Part shown: in pieces, positions 8,707-17,670 of the stretch
How positions within the stretch are numbered: the stretch's first letter is position 1
How the letters are laid out: each line of letters begins with the position of its first letter
NCBI GenBank assembly: GCA_037128115.1
Contig: JBAXXB010000001.1
Coordinates: 1 to 62,699, forward strand
From: Bacteroidota bacterium
GTDB taxonomy: Bacteria > Bacteroidota > Bacteroidia > Bacteroidales > UBA4417
Direction: 5' to 3'
DNA: 62,699 nt
Translations under genes and position numbers: made by a program
Notes under the pieces: generated by a model
What the model was told of the DNA's origin: nothing
Seen by the model: the letters and a program-made list of their open reading frames with translations, nothing else
Databases searched by the model: none

Positions 8707-9684
8707 ATGAATGATTCACCTAACAGGCACGCCATATTAGTGGGCTTTTTCGTCAGCATAGGAATACTATTCTTTGTTGGTGGAATCCTCATGGTTGGTA
8801 ACCTGCATGAGACTTTTAAACAAAAAATGGAAGTAATTTCCCTGTTTAATGATGTAAACGGCCTGCAAAAAGGGAATAATATCTGGTTTTCGGGTGTTAA
8901 AATAGGGACGGTGAGCAGTGTTCATTTTTATGGAAAATCGCAGGTGCAGGTCCTGATGAAGATTGAGACTAAGGCCCAGCAATATATTCGCAAAGACGCG
9001 AAGGTTAAAATAAGCAGCGACGGAATCATAGGGAATAAAATACTGATTATTTACGGCGGCTCACCCGGGTTTGCCGAAGTACAGGACGGGGACACCCTTA
9101 ACGTGGAAAAGACATTTTCGACAGAAGATATGATTAATACCCTTCAGGAAAACAATAAAAACTTCCTGGCCATCACCACCGATTTTAAAGTAATCAGCAA
9201 GAGCCTGGCAGCGGGTGAAGGCACTATCGGGAAATTACTTAAAGACGATGCAGTTTATACTAACATCAATGCTGCCACGGCTTCGCTCAGGCTTGCCTCA
9301 GTAAAGGCTGATCAGTTAATAGGTTCACTCGGCACCTTCAGTAAAGGGCTGAATAAAAAAGGAACTCTGGCGAATGAATTAACAACCGACACCTTGGTTT
9401 TCAATTCTGTAAAAGCTTCGGTTTTTCAATTGCAAAAAATGGCTGACACGGCTTCTTTGTTTATAACCAATCTGAAAAAGGCAGGCAGCAATCCCAATAC
9501 TACGGTAGGTATACTGCTTCACGATGAAGAATCGGGTGCCCGCCTGAAAGAAACCATTAAAAACCTGGAAAGCAGTTCTGTGAAGTTAAACCAGGACCTG
9601 GAAGCCGCACAGCAAAATATATTGCTCAGGGGATTTTTCAGGAAGAAAGCCAAAGCCGCCAGTACCGATTCCATCGGTCATTAA
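8707..9684 (+). CDS. mlaD: MlaD/MCE-domain protein (set 1)
   Basis: N-terminal TM helix, then an MCE-like beta core (FNDVNGLQKGNNIWFSGVKIGTV), a long helical C-terminus and a KAKAA tail. Tightly packed after mlaF. Confidence 0.85.
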   Translation: MNDSPNRHAILVGFFVSIGILFFVGGILMVGNLHETFKQKMEVISLFNDVNGLQKGNNIWFSGVKIGTVSSVHFYGKSQVQVLMKIETKAQQYIRKDAKVKISSDGIIGNKILIIYGGSPGFAEVQDGDTLNVEKTFSTEDMINTLQENNKNFLAITTDFKVISKSLAAGEGTIGKLLKDDAVYTNINAATASLRLASVKADQLIGSLGTFSKGLNKKGTLANELTTDTLVFNSVKASVFQLQKMADTASLFITNLKKAGSNPNTTVGILLHDEESGARLKETIKNLESSSVKLNQDLEAAQQNILLRGFFRKKAKAASTDSIGH

Positions 9685-9730
9685 TAAAATACCCTTAGGA
9701 TTATTATCCATTCAAAGGGTCTGCCCCCAC

Positions 9731-9796
9731 GTGTGAAGCATGTAACTTAATTCAAAAGTTATGTAATGCTGTGGCAGGCAAACCCCTATACTTTTG
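9731..9796 (+). promoter_or_regulatory. promoter module copy 3: 38-bp conserved motif plus perfect -7 box TACTTTTG
   Basis: GTGTGAAGCATGTAACTTAATTCAAAAGTTATGTAATG at 9731-9768. The G of TTTG is at 9796 (28 nt past the motif). Confidence 0.65.
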
Positions 9797-9885
9797 TATA
9801 TAAATTATACTGCACAGATAAGCAGTTTTTTACCTCAGAAAAACAAAAATCCTTATCCGGAGCAAAAAAACAAAACACAGACGAC

Positions 9886-10758
9886 ATGCCATCAATCAAG
9901 AAATTTAATCCTGTAATACCTGTAAAAAAGGCCATTCCCAAGATCCGGCATGCCACAGTACAGTCAATGAGCAGGCTAAGTGAAAAAACCCTGGCAAAGA
10001 CTGAAGAAGCAAATAGTTTTCTGACTGATTTTGCAGATGTTATCTTGTTTATCGCACAAATCTTCAGAGCAACATTTTCCCGCGACTTCGAATTTAAAGA
10101 ATTCCTGCGTCAATGTTACCAGATCGGGAATAAGGCCCTCCCACTGATCTCAGTCACCGGGATCATTATGGGACTGGTTCTTACTATTCAATCACGTCCT
10201 GCACTTGTTACTTTCGGAGCTGTGACCTTGCTTCCGGGCATGGTTACGGTATCGCTAATCCGGGAAATGGGGCCCGTAATTACGGCACTTATTTGCGCGG
10301 GGAAAATCGGGTCCGGGATGGGAGCTGAATTAGGCTCGATGAAAGTGACCGAACAGATTGACGCCATGGAAGTCTCGTCGACGAATCCCATGAGATTCCT
10401 GGTTGTCACCCGCGTGTTGGCCGCAACGCTGATGATACCTTTCCTGGTTTTATATGCCGACGCGCTGGGGATACTGGGAAGTTGGGCAGGAGCAAACCTG
10501 AAAGGTGAAGTATCCTTTACCTTGTTTTTCTCCCAGGCTTTCAGCCATATCCGGTTTATTGACTTCCTGCCGGCCTTCATTAAGACTTTCTTTTTTGGTG
10601 CAGTTATCGGGCTGGTTGGCTGTTATAAGGGTTACTATGCAGGCCGTGGAACCGAAAGCGTTGGCATAGCCGCTAATTCAGCGGTAGTATTGGCTTCCCT
10701 CCTTGTGCTGGTGGTTGATGTAATTGCAGTACAAATAACTGATATGCTGGTATTATGA
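9886..10758 (+). CDS. mlaE: MlaE-family ABC transporter permease (set 2)
   Basis: ORF 9766..10758 trimmed to ATG 9886, because the track start overlaps the promoter motif. Hallmark GPVITALICAGKIGSGMGAELGSMKVTEQIDAMEV. Confidence 0.85.
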   Translation: MPSIKKFNPVIPVKKAIPKIRHATVQSMSRLSEKTLAKTEEANSFLTDFADVILFIAQIFRATFSRDFEFKEFLRQCYQIGNKALPLISVTGIIMGLVLTIQSRPALVTFGAVTLLPGMVTVSLIREMGPVITALICAGKIGSGMGAELGSMKVTEQIDAMEVSSTNPMRFLVVTRVLAATLMIPFLVLYADALGILGSWAGANLKGEVSFTLFFSQAFSHIRFIDFLPAFIKTFFFGAVIGLVGCYKGYYAGRGTESVGIAANSAVVLASLLVLVVDVIAVQITDMLVL

Positions 10759-11540
10759 GCATTCCGAAGGCAGATACCCAGGTGACAGGCACCGGTAAAA
10801 AGGAGGTCGACGAAGCAGTTGTTGAAATCAACAACCTGAAGAAATCGTTTGGTACGCAGCAGGTTTTGATTGACGTGTCGTTGAAACTCTACCAGGGTGA
10901 AAACCTGGTGGTCCTTGGCAAGTCGGGCAGCGGAAAATCGGTACTGGTAAAATGCATAGTCGGCTTACTGAATTCGGATGGCGGTTCTATCGACGTTTTC
11001 AGGAAAAACGTCCTGGAAATGAACGACAAAGAATTGGGCGAATTACGTCAAAAAGTCGGCTTCCTGTTTCAAAGCGGCGCTTTGTACGATTCCATGACCG
11101 TGAAACAAAACCTGGAATTCCCCCTGAGGCGGATAAAAAGAGATCTCTCAGAAATCCAAATCAACGCCAAAGTAGCCGAAGTTCTCGAAAATGTCGGGCT
11201 GGCTGATGCTTTGAATAAAATGCCGGCACAACTTTCGGGAGGCATGCGAAAACGGATCAGCCTGGCCCGCACACTCATCGTGGATCCCCGGATTATGCTT
11301 TATGATGAACCTACAACAGGCCTCGATCCCGTTACATCGGATGAGATAAGTTCACTCATGAACGAAATCCGCGAAAAATACCATACCTCATCCATCATTA
11401 TCACGCATGATATAAAGTGTGCCAAAAATACGGCCAACCGCATGATCATGCTCCAGGAAGGTGCGGTTTACATGGAGGGAACAGCAGCCGAATTCGAAAA
11501 TTCATCCGACCCGCAGATCAGGGCTTTCTTCAAATGGTAA
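10755..11540 (+). CDS. mlaF: MlaF-like ABC transporter ATP-binding protein (set 2)
   Basis: Walker A GKSGSGKS, signature LSGGMRKR, Walker B MLYDEPTTGLD. ATGA overlap with the mlaE stop. Confidence 0.9.
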   Translation: MSIPKADTQVTGTGKKEVDEAVVEINNLKKSFGTQQVLIDVSLKLYQGENLVVLGKSGSGKSVLVKCIVGLLNSDGGSIDVFRKNVLEMNDKELGELRQKVGFLFQSGALYDSMTVKQNLEFPLRRIKRDLSEIQINAKVAEVLENVGLADALNKMPAQLSGGMRKRISLARTLIVDPRIMLYDEPTTGLDPVTSDEISSLMNEIREKYHTSSIIITHDIKCAKNTANRMIMLQEGAVYMEGTAAEFENSSDPQIRAFFKW

Positions 11541-12301
11541 CAGATAATTACAATTTAAAATCAAAATCAGCCATGGATTCACATACTCAAAAATTCAAAG
11601 TGCGCCTCGGCCTCTTCGTTGCCGGGGGACTGGCTCTATTTGTACTGGCCGTATTTATTATCGGGAAGCAGAAAAACCTGTTTAACCCGGTATTTAAGTT
11701 AACAGCCACTTTTTATAACGTGGGCGGCCTGCAGGTTGGAAATAATATCCGGTTTTCGGGTATCAACGTGGGAACTATAGATAATATATTCATTATCAAC
11801 GATTCAACGGTAAGGGTTGATATGCTCGTCAAACAGGAAGTGAAGAAATTCATAAAGTCGGACTGCGAAGTAGCCATTGGCTCGGAGGGGCTGATTGGGG
11901 ACAGGCTGTTAATCATTACCCAGGGTAGTTCAGCAGCCGCCGTAGTGAAAGAAGGTGAGCGTCTTGCATCAACAGAGCCCATAGAAACAGATGCCATTAT
12001 GGCCAGTTTGCAGGTTTCGGCTAGCAATGCGGAAATTATCACCCAGCAGCTGGCCTATATAATGATTAAAATAAACAGCGGAAAAGGAACACTCGGCAAA
12101 TTAATACAAGACTCAACCATAGCGGGGAACTTAAACCAAACTATTGTGAATCTTAAACAGAGTTCCAAAGGCCTGGACGAAAACATGAATGCAGCCAAAC
12201 ACAGTATTCTTTTCAAAGGCTATTTTAACCGTAAGGCTAAAGCTGCCGAAAAAAAGAAGGATGACTCCAACCAGAAAAAAACAGAAGACGGCAAGAAATA
12301 A
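11534..12301 (+). CDS. mlaD: MlaD/MCE-domain protein (set 2)
   Basis: ORF 11417..12301 trimmed to ATG 11534 (overlaps the mlaF stop; alternative ATG 11573). TM helix LGLFVAGGLALFVLAVFII, MCE core FYNVGGLQVGNNIRFSGINVGTI, and a KAKAA lysine-rich tail like set 1. Confidence 0.8.
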   Translation: MVTDNYNLKSKSAMDSHTQKFKVRLGLFVAGGLALFVLAVFIIGKQKNLFNPVFKLTATFYNVGGLQVGNNIRFSGINVGTIDNIFIINDSTVRVDMLVKQEVKKFIKSDCEVAIGSEGLIGDRLLIITQGSSAAAVVKEGERLASTEPIETDAIMASLQVSASNAEIITQQLAYIMIKINSGKGTLGKLIQDSTIAGNLNQTIVNLKQSSKGLDENMNAAKHSILFKGYFNRKAKAAEKKKDDSNQKKTEDGKK

Positions 12302-12363
12302 AAGTAAATATAAAATTTGCGATACCTGGAATCACATGGTAACACAAACATATTCATCCCTAT

Positions 12364-14211
12364 ATGCAAAAGTGGTTAAAACTTTCTACCATTCTTATGC
12401 TTGTTTCATTGCTGACGAGCAACTTAACTTTTGCCCAACTACCTACACTAAAAACTGATTCAACTCATATTTATAAAAACATCGAGGCATATTCCGGGCG
12501 AAGGAAGTATACCCGCCTGGTTTACCTTCTCATCTTCAACCCGGCCGCGAAAAGCCGGGATGGCAAAGAAATAAAAAATACACCTCACAAGAGACTGATA
12601 TACAGATCATACGCTACCTATGAAGGGAAACACATAAGGTATATTATTATCCAGACACTGGATCCTTTTGGTTATTCAATAGCCGATACCAACTATAGCC
12701 CACAGTACTATTTGCCACGAACAGGCAATAAGCTGCATGTAAAATCCCAGCCCATTGCCATCCGCAACTTGTTGCTGATCAGGCAGAATCAAATTTTCGA
12801 CTCTTTACTGGTCAAAGAATCGGAGCGCCTTATACGAAGTCAGAGGTATGTACGTGATGTTTCATTCCAGGTAAATGCCGTTCCTGGCAGTATCGACTCT
12901 GTTGATATTCTAATACGTGAAATGGATAACTGGAGTATAGTTCCTGCAGGAGCTGCGTCTGCTTCACATGTCAATGTTAACCTGCTGGACAGGAACTTTA
13001 TGGGATTAGGACATGAATTCCAGAACGATGTGGCATGGAACCGCACTTCAGGCAACTATGCATATAGCACAAGATATTTTGTTCCAAATATAGTTAACAC
13101 CTATATTAACAGCACTTTACATTATGGATCAGACGAATCCGGGAATTTTAGAAAAAGCATAGATATTAACCGGCCGTTTTTCTCACCTTTTGCCAGATGG
13201 GCAGCAGGAATCAACCTGACAAAGCAAAACCGCCGGGATTATGTCTACACGTATGATTCTCTTTATTTACTAAGCCGATTAAAATTTAATGCCCAGGATT
13301 TCTGGGTAGGAGATGCAGTTCAACTGTTTAAGGGCAACACCGAAAATAGTCGTTCAACTAATTTCATTACTGGAATACGATATTACCGTATCCGTTATCT
13401 TGAAAAACCAGCCGATGTGCCAGGTACACAGAATATATATTCAAATGAGAATTTATATTTGGCAAGCATTGGCATATCCACGCGAACATACCTGCAGGAC
13501 AGGTATATTTTCAAGTATGGGGTGCCCGAAGATATCCCTGTAGGGCGCGCTTTTAGCCTGACCGGAGGCTACCAGGGAAAAAATAATTCGGGCCGTTTTT
13601 ACCTGGGGGCACGTATTTCAGTCGGTTACTATTACCCGTGGGGCTACCTGGGCTCGAATTCAGAAATCGGGACTTTTTTGGCGAAATCGAAAGCCGAGCA
13701 AGGCACAGCCTCGGTGAGTGCAGTGTATTTTACTCCTCTTCTTGAAATCGGTGTATGGAAAATCAGGCAATTTATCAAGCCACAGCTTATCATCGGCATA
13801 AACCGATTCGCTGCCGATTCACTTACACTGAACGATGGATATGGAATCGACGGGTTTAACAGCATTGCCCTTACGGGCAGCAGCCGCCTGCTTTTTACCG
13901 TGCAAACCCAATCCTATTCACCCTGGAATGTACTGGGGTTCCATTTTGGCCCGTTTATCAATTATTCTTTTGGCGTCCTGGGCAATACCTCTTCCGGGTT
14001 CAAAAACAGTAACATATTCTCGCAAATAGGACTGGGCGTACTCATCAAGAACGAAAACCTGGTAATCAATTCCTTTCAAATATCTTTTGCTTTTTACCCT
14101 GCTATCCCCGGAACAGGAATTAATGTTTTGAAAATGAATACACTAAGAACTTCCGATTTCGGTCTCAGGGATTTCGAAATCGGAAAACCGGCTATAGTAG
14201 TATATCAGTAG
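12364..14211 (+). CDS. POTRA-containing Omp85/BamA-family-like outer-membrane protein
   Basis: Signal peptide MQKWLKLSTILMLVSLLTSNLTFAQ. POTRA-like segment (VKESERLIRSQRYVRDVSFQV...DSVDILIREMDNW), then LLDRNFMGLGHEF and a long Tyr/Gly-rich beta region. 62 nt after mlaD with no intervening motif. Confidence 0.6.
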   Translation: MQKWLKLSTILMLVSLLTSNLTFAQLPTLKTDSTHIYKNIEAYSGRRKYTRLVYLLIFNPAAKSRDGKEIKNTPHKRLIYRSYATYEGKHIRYIIIQTLDPFGYSIADTNYSPQYYLPRTGNKLHVKSQPIAIRNLLLIRQNQIFDSLLVKESERLIRSQRYVRDVSFQVNAVPGSIDSVDILIREMDNWSIVPAGAASASHVNVNLLDRNFMGLGHEFQNDVAWNRTSGNYAYSTRYFVPNIVNTYINSTLHYGSDESGNFRKSIDINRPFFSPFARWAAGINLTKQNRRDYVYTYDSLYLLSRLKFNAQDFWVGDAVQLFKGNTENSRSTNFITGIRYYRIRYLEKPADVPGTQNIYSNENLYLASIGISTRTYLQDRYIFKYGVPEDIPVGRAFSLTGGYQGKNNSGRFYLGARISVGYYYPWGYLGSNSEIGTFLAKSKAEQGTASVSAVYFTPLLEIGVWKIRQFIKPQLIIGINRFAADSLTLNDGYGIDGFNSIALTGSSRLLFTVQTQSYSPWNVLGFHFGPFINYSFGVLGNTSSGFKNSNIFSQIGLGVLIKNENLVINSFQISFAFYPAIPGTGINVLKMNTLRTSDFGLRDFEIGKPAIVVYQ

Positions 14212-14255
14212 GATAAAAATATTGTCAGCCTTCGCTTTTGCTGCAGTTAGCCCAT

Positions 14256-14321
14256 GTGTGAATGATATAACTTTTAGCAAAAGTTATATAACACTTGTTT
14301 GAGCCCAGCATGTTAGTTTTG
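14256..14321 (+). promoter_or_regulatory. promoter module copy 4: 38-bp conserved motif plus perfect -7 box TAGTTTTG
   Basis: GTGTGAATGATATAACTTTTAGCAAAAGTTATATAACA at 14256-14293. The G of TTTG is at 14321 (28 nt past the motif). ATG at 14398. Confidence 0.65.
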
Positions 14322-14397
14322 TCAGCAGAATGGAAAGAGCCGCTCTTTTAGAGGAATCCTGGCGTTTTCCTGAATTTATCCCTAAATATGGTAAAAA

Positions 14398-15945
14398 ATG
14401 AAAACTTCGCTACTGCTAGTCCTTTTCCTGGTACTTGCCCAGTTACTTTCCGCCCAAAATACGAAGGCACCCGACTCGATAATACCTGCTAAAGGGAATA
14501 CCGACAAACAATTGGAAAAAATTATAGAGACCAAAACTGCCAGGCATTCCGATTCACTGGGAAATGAGCCAAAAAAGAGCGCACTCATCGATACTACCAT
14601 CCAGAATAAATACGGGGATCTGCTTAACGATGACACTGCATACAATTTAAGGCACCCAATCTGGAAACCTTCATTACAGGTGCTGGGTGCCGTGGTTCTG
14701 ACCTGGTCGATTGACAGGCTTATTCTGAACGCTGACTATGCCCATATAGGGATTGCATCGTGGAAATATAATATGAAATATGGCTGGGAATGGGACAATG
14801 ATCGTTTCGGGGTGAACTTCGTGGGCCACCCCTATTCCGGGACGCTTTCCTATAATGCAGCTCGGTCGAACGGATATAATTTTTACCAGTCCATTCCTTT
14901 TGCCGTTGCCGGAAGCCTGATGTGGGAATATTTCGGGGAAAATACACGCCCTTCCTGCAACGATATAATCAATACACCCGTCAGCGGGGTGTTTCTGGGT
15001 GAAATCCTGTATCGCTTAAGCTCGAATATCTTAGATGATAGGACGAAAGGGACAAACCGGGTGCTGAGGGAAATCGCGGCTGGCATAATCGATCCTATGC
15101 GGGGTTTTAACCGCCTGATGCAGGGAAAATGTTCCAGGGTCACCAACGTGGAAGTTTATCAGAAGGAGCCTCTTAATATTTCCCTGTATTCAGGTCTGCA
15201 CAGGAAAAACACCGGCACAAGCATTTCGAGCGGTACCGGAACCAACAGCATGATGGTGAATGCACAGTTCGATTACGGGAATCCTTTCGAGATCCGTAAA
15301 CGTAAGCCCTTCGATTTTTTCAAACTCCGGGTCGATTTGGATTTTGGAGTAGGACGAAAATTCCTGGATGATATAACCGGTTATGGAATACTGTTTGGCA
15401 AAAACAGGCAAATCGGCAATCTGGCCATCCTGGTCGGGGGATTCCAGTATTATGATTATATGGATAATATGACCTTTGAGCTTGGAACCATCGGTTTGGG
15501 TGGCGGGTTGTTCACAAAACTTCCAATCAATTCAAGTATAGACCTTTACACGAACCTCCACCTGGCACTAGTACCTTTTGCTGGGAACAGCACCCGGTTT
15601 GGCCCTGACACTTCGCAACTAAGAGACTATAATTACGGTGCCGGGTTAGAAGGAAAGTTTGAAAGCATAATAAATCTGGGTAAATTTGCAACAGCTTCAC
15701 TGATCTATTACTATTATATGGTTCACACCTACGTGGGTGCACCTGGTAATAATATCATCAGTATTCTAAAACCAAGAGTAACTGTAAAACTGTTCAAACA
15801 ACTAAGCCTGGGCTTTGAGCATTTCATTTATTTCAACGACCGCTACCTCGACGATTTTTCCGCTATTCATTCGGTACGGACCGAACAGAAAATATTTCTT
15901 CAACTTTACCTGGAAGATAAACAACGCAAAGGACATTACAATTAA
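14398..15945 (+). CDS. DUF3943-like secreted/outer-membrane protein
   Basis: Signal peptide MKTSLLLVLFLVLAQLLSAQ. The segment FGVNFVGHPYSGTLSYNAARSNGY resembles the DUF3943 HP-motif region. The C-terminal half is beta-rich. Confidence 0.55.
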   Translation: MKTSLLLVLFLVLAQLLSAQNTKAPDSIIPAKGNTDKQLEKIIETKTARHSDSLGNEPKKSALIDTTIQNKYGDLLNDDTAYNLRHPIWKPSLQVLGAVVLTWSIDRLILNADYAHIGIASWKYNMKYGWEWDNDRFGVNFVGHPYSGTLSYNAARSNGYNFYQSIPFAVAGSLMWEYFGENTRPSCNDIINTPVSGVFLGEILYRLSSNILDDRTKGTNRVLREIAAGIIDPMRGFNRLMQGKCSRVTNVEVYQKEPLNISLYSGLHRKNTGTSISSGTGTNSMMVNAQFDYGNPFEIRKRKPFDFFKLRVDLDFGVGRKFLDDITGYGILFGKNRQIGNLAILVGGFQYYDYMDNMTFELGTIGLGGGLFTKLPINSSIDLYTNLHLALVPFAGNSTRFGPDTSQLRDYNYGAGLEGKFESIINLGKFATASLIYYYYMVHTYVGAPGNNIISILKPRVTVKLFKQLSLGFEHFIYFNDRYLDDFSAIHSVRTEQKIFLQLYLEDKQRKGHYN

Positions 15946-15979
15946 AATGATTACTGACTATATAAAAAAGCAATAAAGT

Positions 15980-16840
15980 ATGTGGCACAAATTCAGCCTG
16001 TTACTGTTGTTATTCTTCTCCATTCATCCAGGCTTATTCGCCCAGGACCTGAAGAAAGATTCCTTGCCGGAAACCAAAGCTGAAAAGATTCAGGAAAAAA
16101 AATTATATAGCTTTTCCCAGTTTGGCCGCGAAACAGTTCTTTTTGCGAAACAACCTACCTTCTGGAAAGGTGGCGATTGGCTTAAACTGGGTGCAGTAGC
16201 AGCCGCAACGCTTGCCCTTATGCCTTTGGATCAACCCATGATGAACGCTACCCAGGGGGAACAGCGTTATTATTATAGCATAGCCGTTGTGGGGGGAAGG
16301 ATTTACGGCGAATGGTATTCTATTGGTAGTGTTGCAGGTGCATTTGGTGTTTATGGGCTACTTGCTCACGATAATGCTTCCAAAAAAATATCTATCGAGT
16401 TACTACAGGCTGGTATTTACGCCGAAGCACTAACTGAAATGCTGAAAATCGGAATTGGCAGAGCCCGGCCCTTGACCGGGGAGAGTGCATTTACTTTCCG
16501 GCCTTTTACTTTTTTTGATGATAATTTTCACTCCCTGCCAAGTGGGCATGCAACCAGTGCCATGGCGCTTTCGACGGTGATGTCGCGCCATGCGCGTACC
16601 ACGGCTTTTAAAATTTTAGCCTATGTACCCGCCGGGTTCACCTTATTCTCGCGAATATACCAGAACAAGCACTGGCTTTCGGATGAATTCCTGGGAGCAA
16701 CCATAGGTTACTTTGTCGGCAACTGGGTGGTGGATCTGCACGAAGGTAAAAGGCACAGGATAAATGTAACTTCGTTGTATCCTACTACGGTCGTTGCCTA
16801 TAGCCTCAACCAGGTACCTGCCAAAAAGCAAGTCCGCTAA
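15980..16840 (+). CDS. PAP2-family (type 2 phosphatidic acid phosphatase superfamily) membrane phosphatase
   Basis: All three PAP2 motifs are present: KIGIGRARP, PSGHAT, SRIYQNKHWLSD. 34 nt after the DUF3943 gene. Confidence 0.9.
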   Translation: MWHKFSLLLLLFFSIHPGLFAQDLKKDSLPETKAEKIQEKKLYSFSQFGRETVLFAKQPTFWKGGDWLKLGAVAAATLALMPLDQPMMNATQGEQRYYYSIAVVGGRIYGEWYSIGSVAGAFGVYGLLAHDNASKKISIELLQAGIYAEALTEMLKIGIGRARPLTGESAFTFRPFTFFDDNFHSLPSGHATSAMALSTVMSRHARTTAFKILAYVPAGFTLFSRIYQNKHWLSDEFLGATIGYFVGNWVVDLHEGKRHRINVTSLYPTTVVAYSLNQVPAKKQVR

Positions 16841-17006
16841 GCGGTTATCATACAATGGATAAATTATGTATTTCTGATAGTACGCCTGGGAATACTGAAA
16901 TTTATTCTTTCTTCTTATTTCCTGAAGTCTCCGTTGAAAGTTTACAACTTAGCACGACAATATAATAAACAAGGCAATTAACAGGGGCCAAAAAGCGATG
17001 AGGATT

Positions 17007-17660
17007 CTAAACCCAGTTATGTACAACCCAATTGTGTTGCCGGGCTGCCTTTTCTAACCGTCTATCCGGGCTGACACAAACAGCATGACCCACAGTAAGC
17101 AGTGCAGGCAAATCGTCGATTGAATCGGCATAATAGGAGGAATTTTCTTGTAATAAATTGCTGGCACTAAGGTACTCGTTCATTCGCCTGAGCTTTTCAT
17201 TTTTAAAGCAGAACCCGGTCTTTGTCCTCCCTGTATAGCGTTGATTTACTACTTCCAACTCTGAACAAATAACATCGTCCACCCCTAAATGCTTTCCCAC
17301 AGGCAAACAAATTTCGGCCAGTGCCGACGAAAGAATCACCACCAGATTTCCTTTTTCTTTATGCATTCTGATTTCAGTGATTATTTCACGGCGTATAGCT
17401 GGAAGAAGATCCTTTTCAACTACTTCATCACACAAAGTTTCAAGTTCAATAATCGTCGATTCAGCTAACCAGCCACAGAGCTTTTCAATAATTTTCAATG
17501 AATCAATTAAATGTGCCTTGTACAATATTAACAGGTAATATGTATGTATCAGTTTCCCAGTTGACAATAACCCGTTTTTATACCCCCTTCTCAGAAGGGC
17601 TTCCCCACTGTTAATTTTTATAATGGTATTGTCGAGATCGAAAAAAGCAACATATTCCAT
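17007..17660 (-). CDS. HAD-IB family hydrolase/phosphatase
   Basis: Motif I FFDLDNTII, motif IV YADSIDDLP, cap region typical of subfamily IB. Confidence 0.8.
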   Translation of the reverse strand: MEYVAFFDLDNTIIKINSGEALLRRGYKNGLLSTGKLIHTYYLLILYKAHLIDSLKIIEKLCGWLAESTIIELETLCDEVVEKDLLPAIRREIITEIRMHKEKGNLVVILSSALAEICLPVGKHLGVDDVICSELEVVNQRYTGRTKTGFCFKNEKLRRMNEYLSASNLLQENSSYYADSIDDLPALLTVGHAVCVSPDRRLEKAARQHNWVVHNWV

Positions 17661-17670
17661 TTCTATCCAA

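Noticed and set aside
9766-9885. ORF-track N-terminal extension of the second MlaE. Similar over-extensions occur at 11417..11533, 18604..18657, 25557..25571, 26784..26804, 52794..52820 and 59873..59998.
   Set aside because: The extensions overlap the promoter motif or neighbouring genes, and they precede obvious signal peptides or conserved N-termini. Internal ATGs give standard architectures. The ORF track also uses non-ATG starts shown as M.
7250-11278. Antisense ORFs inside the Mla genes (7250..7684, 7290..7694, 8034..8501, 10188..10580, 11069..11278 and others).
   Set aside because: They overlap confidently identified ABC permease and ATPase genes on the opposite strand and show no family resemblance. 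These are typical shadow ORFs.
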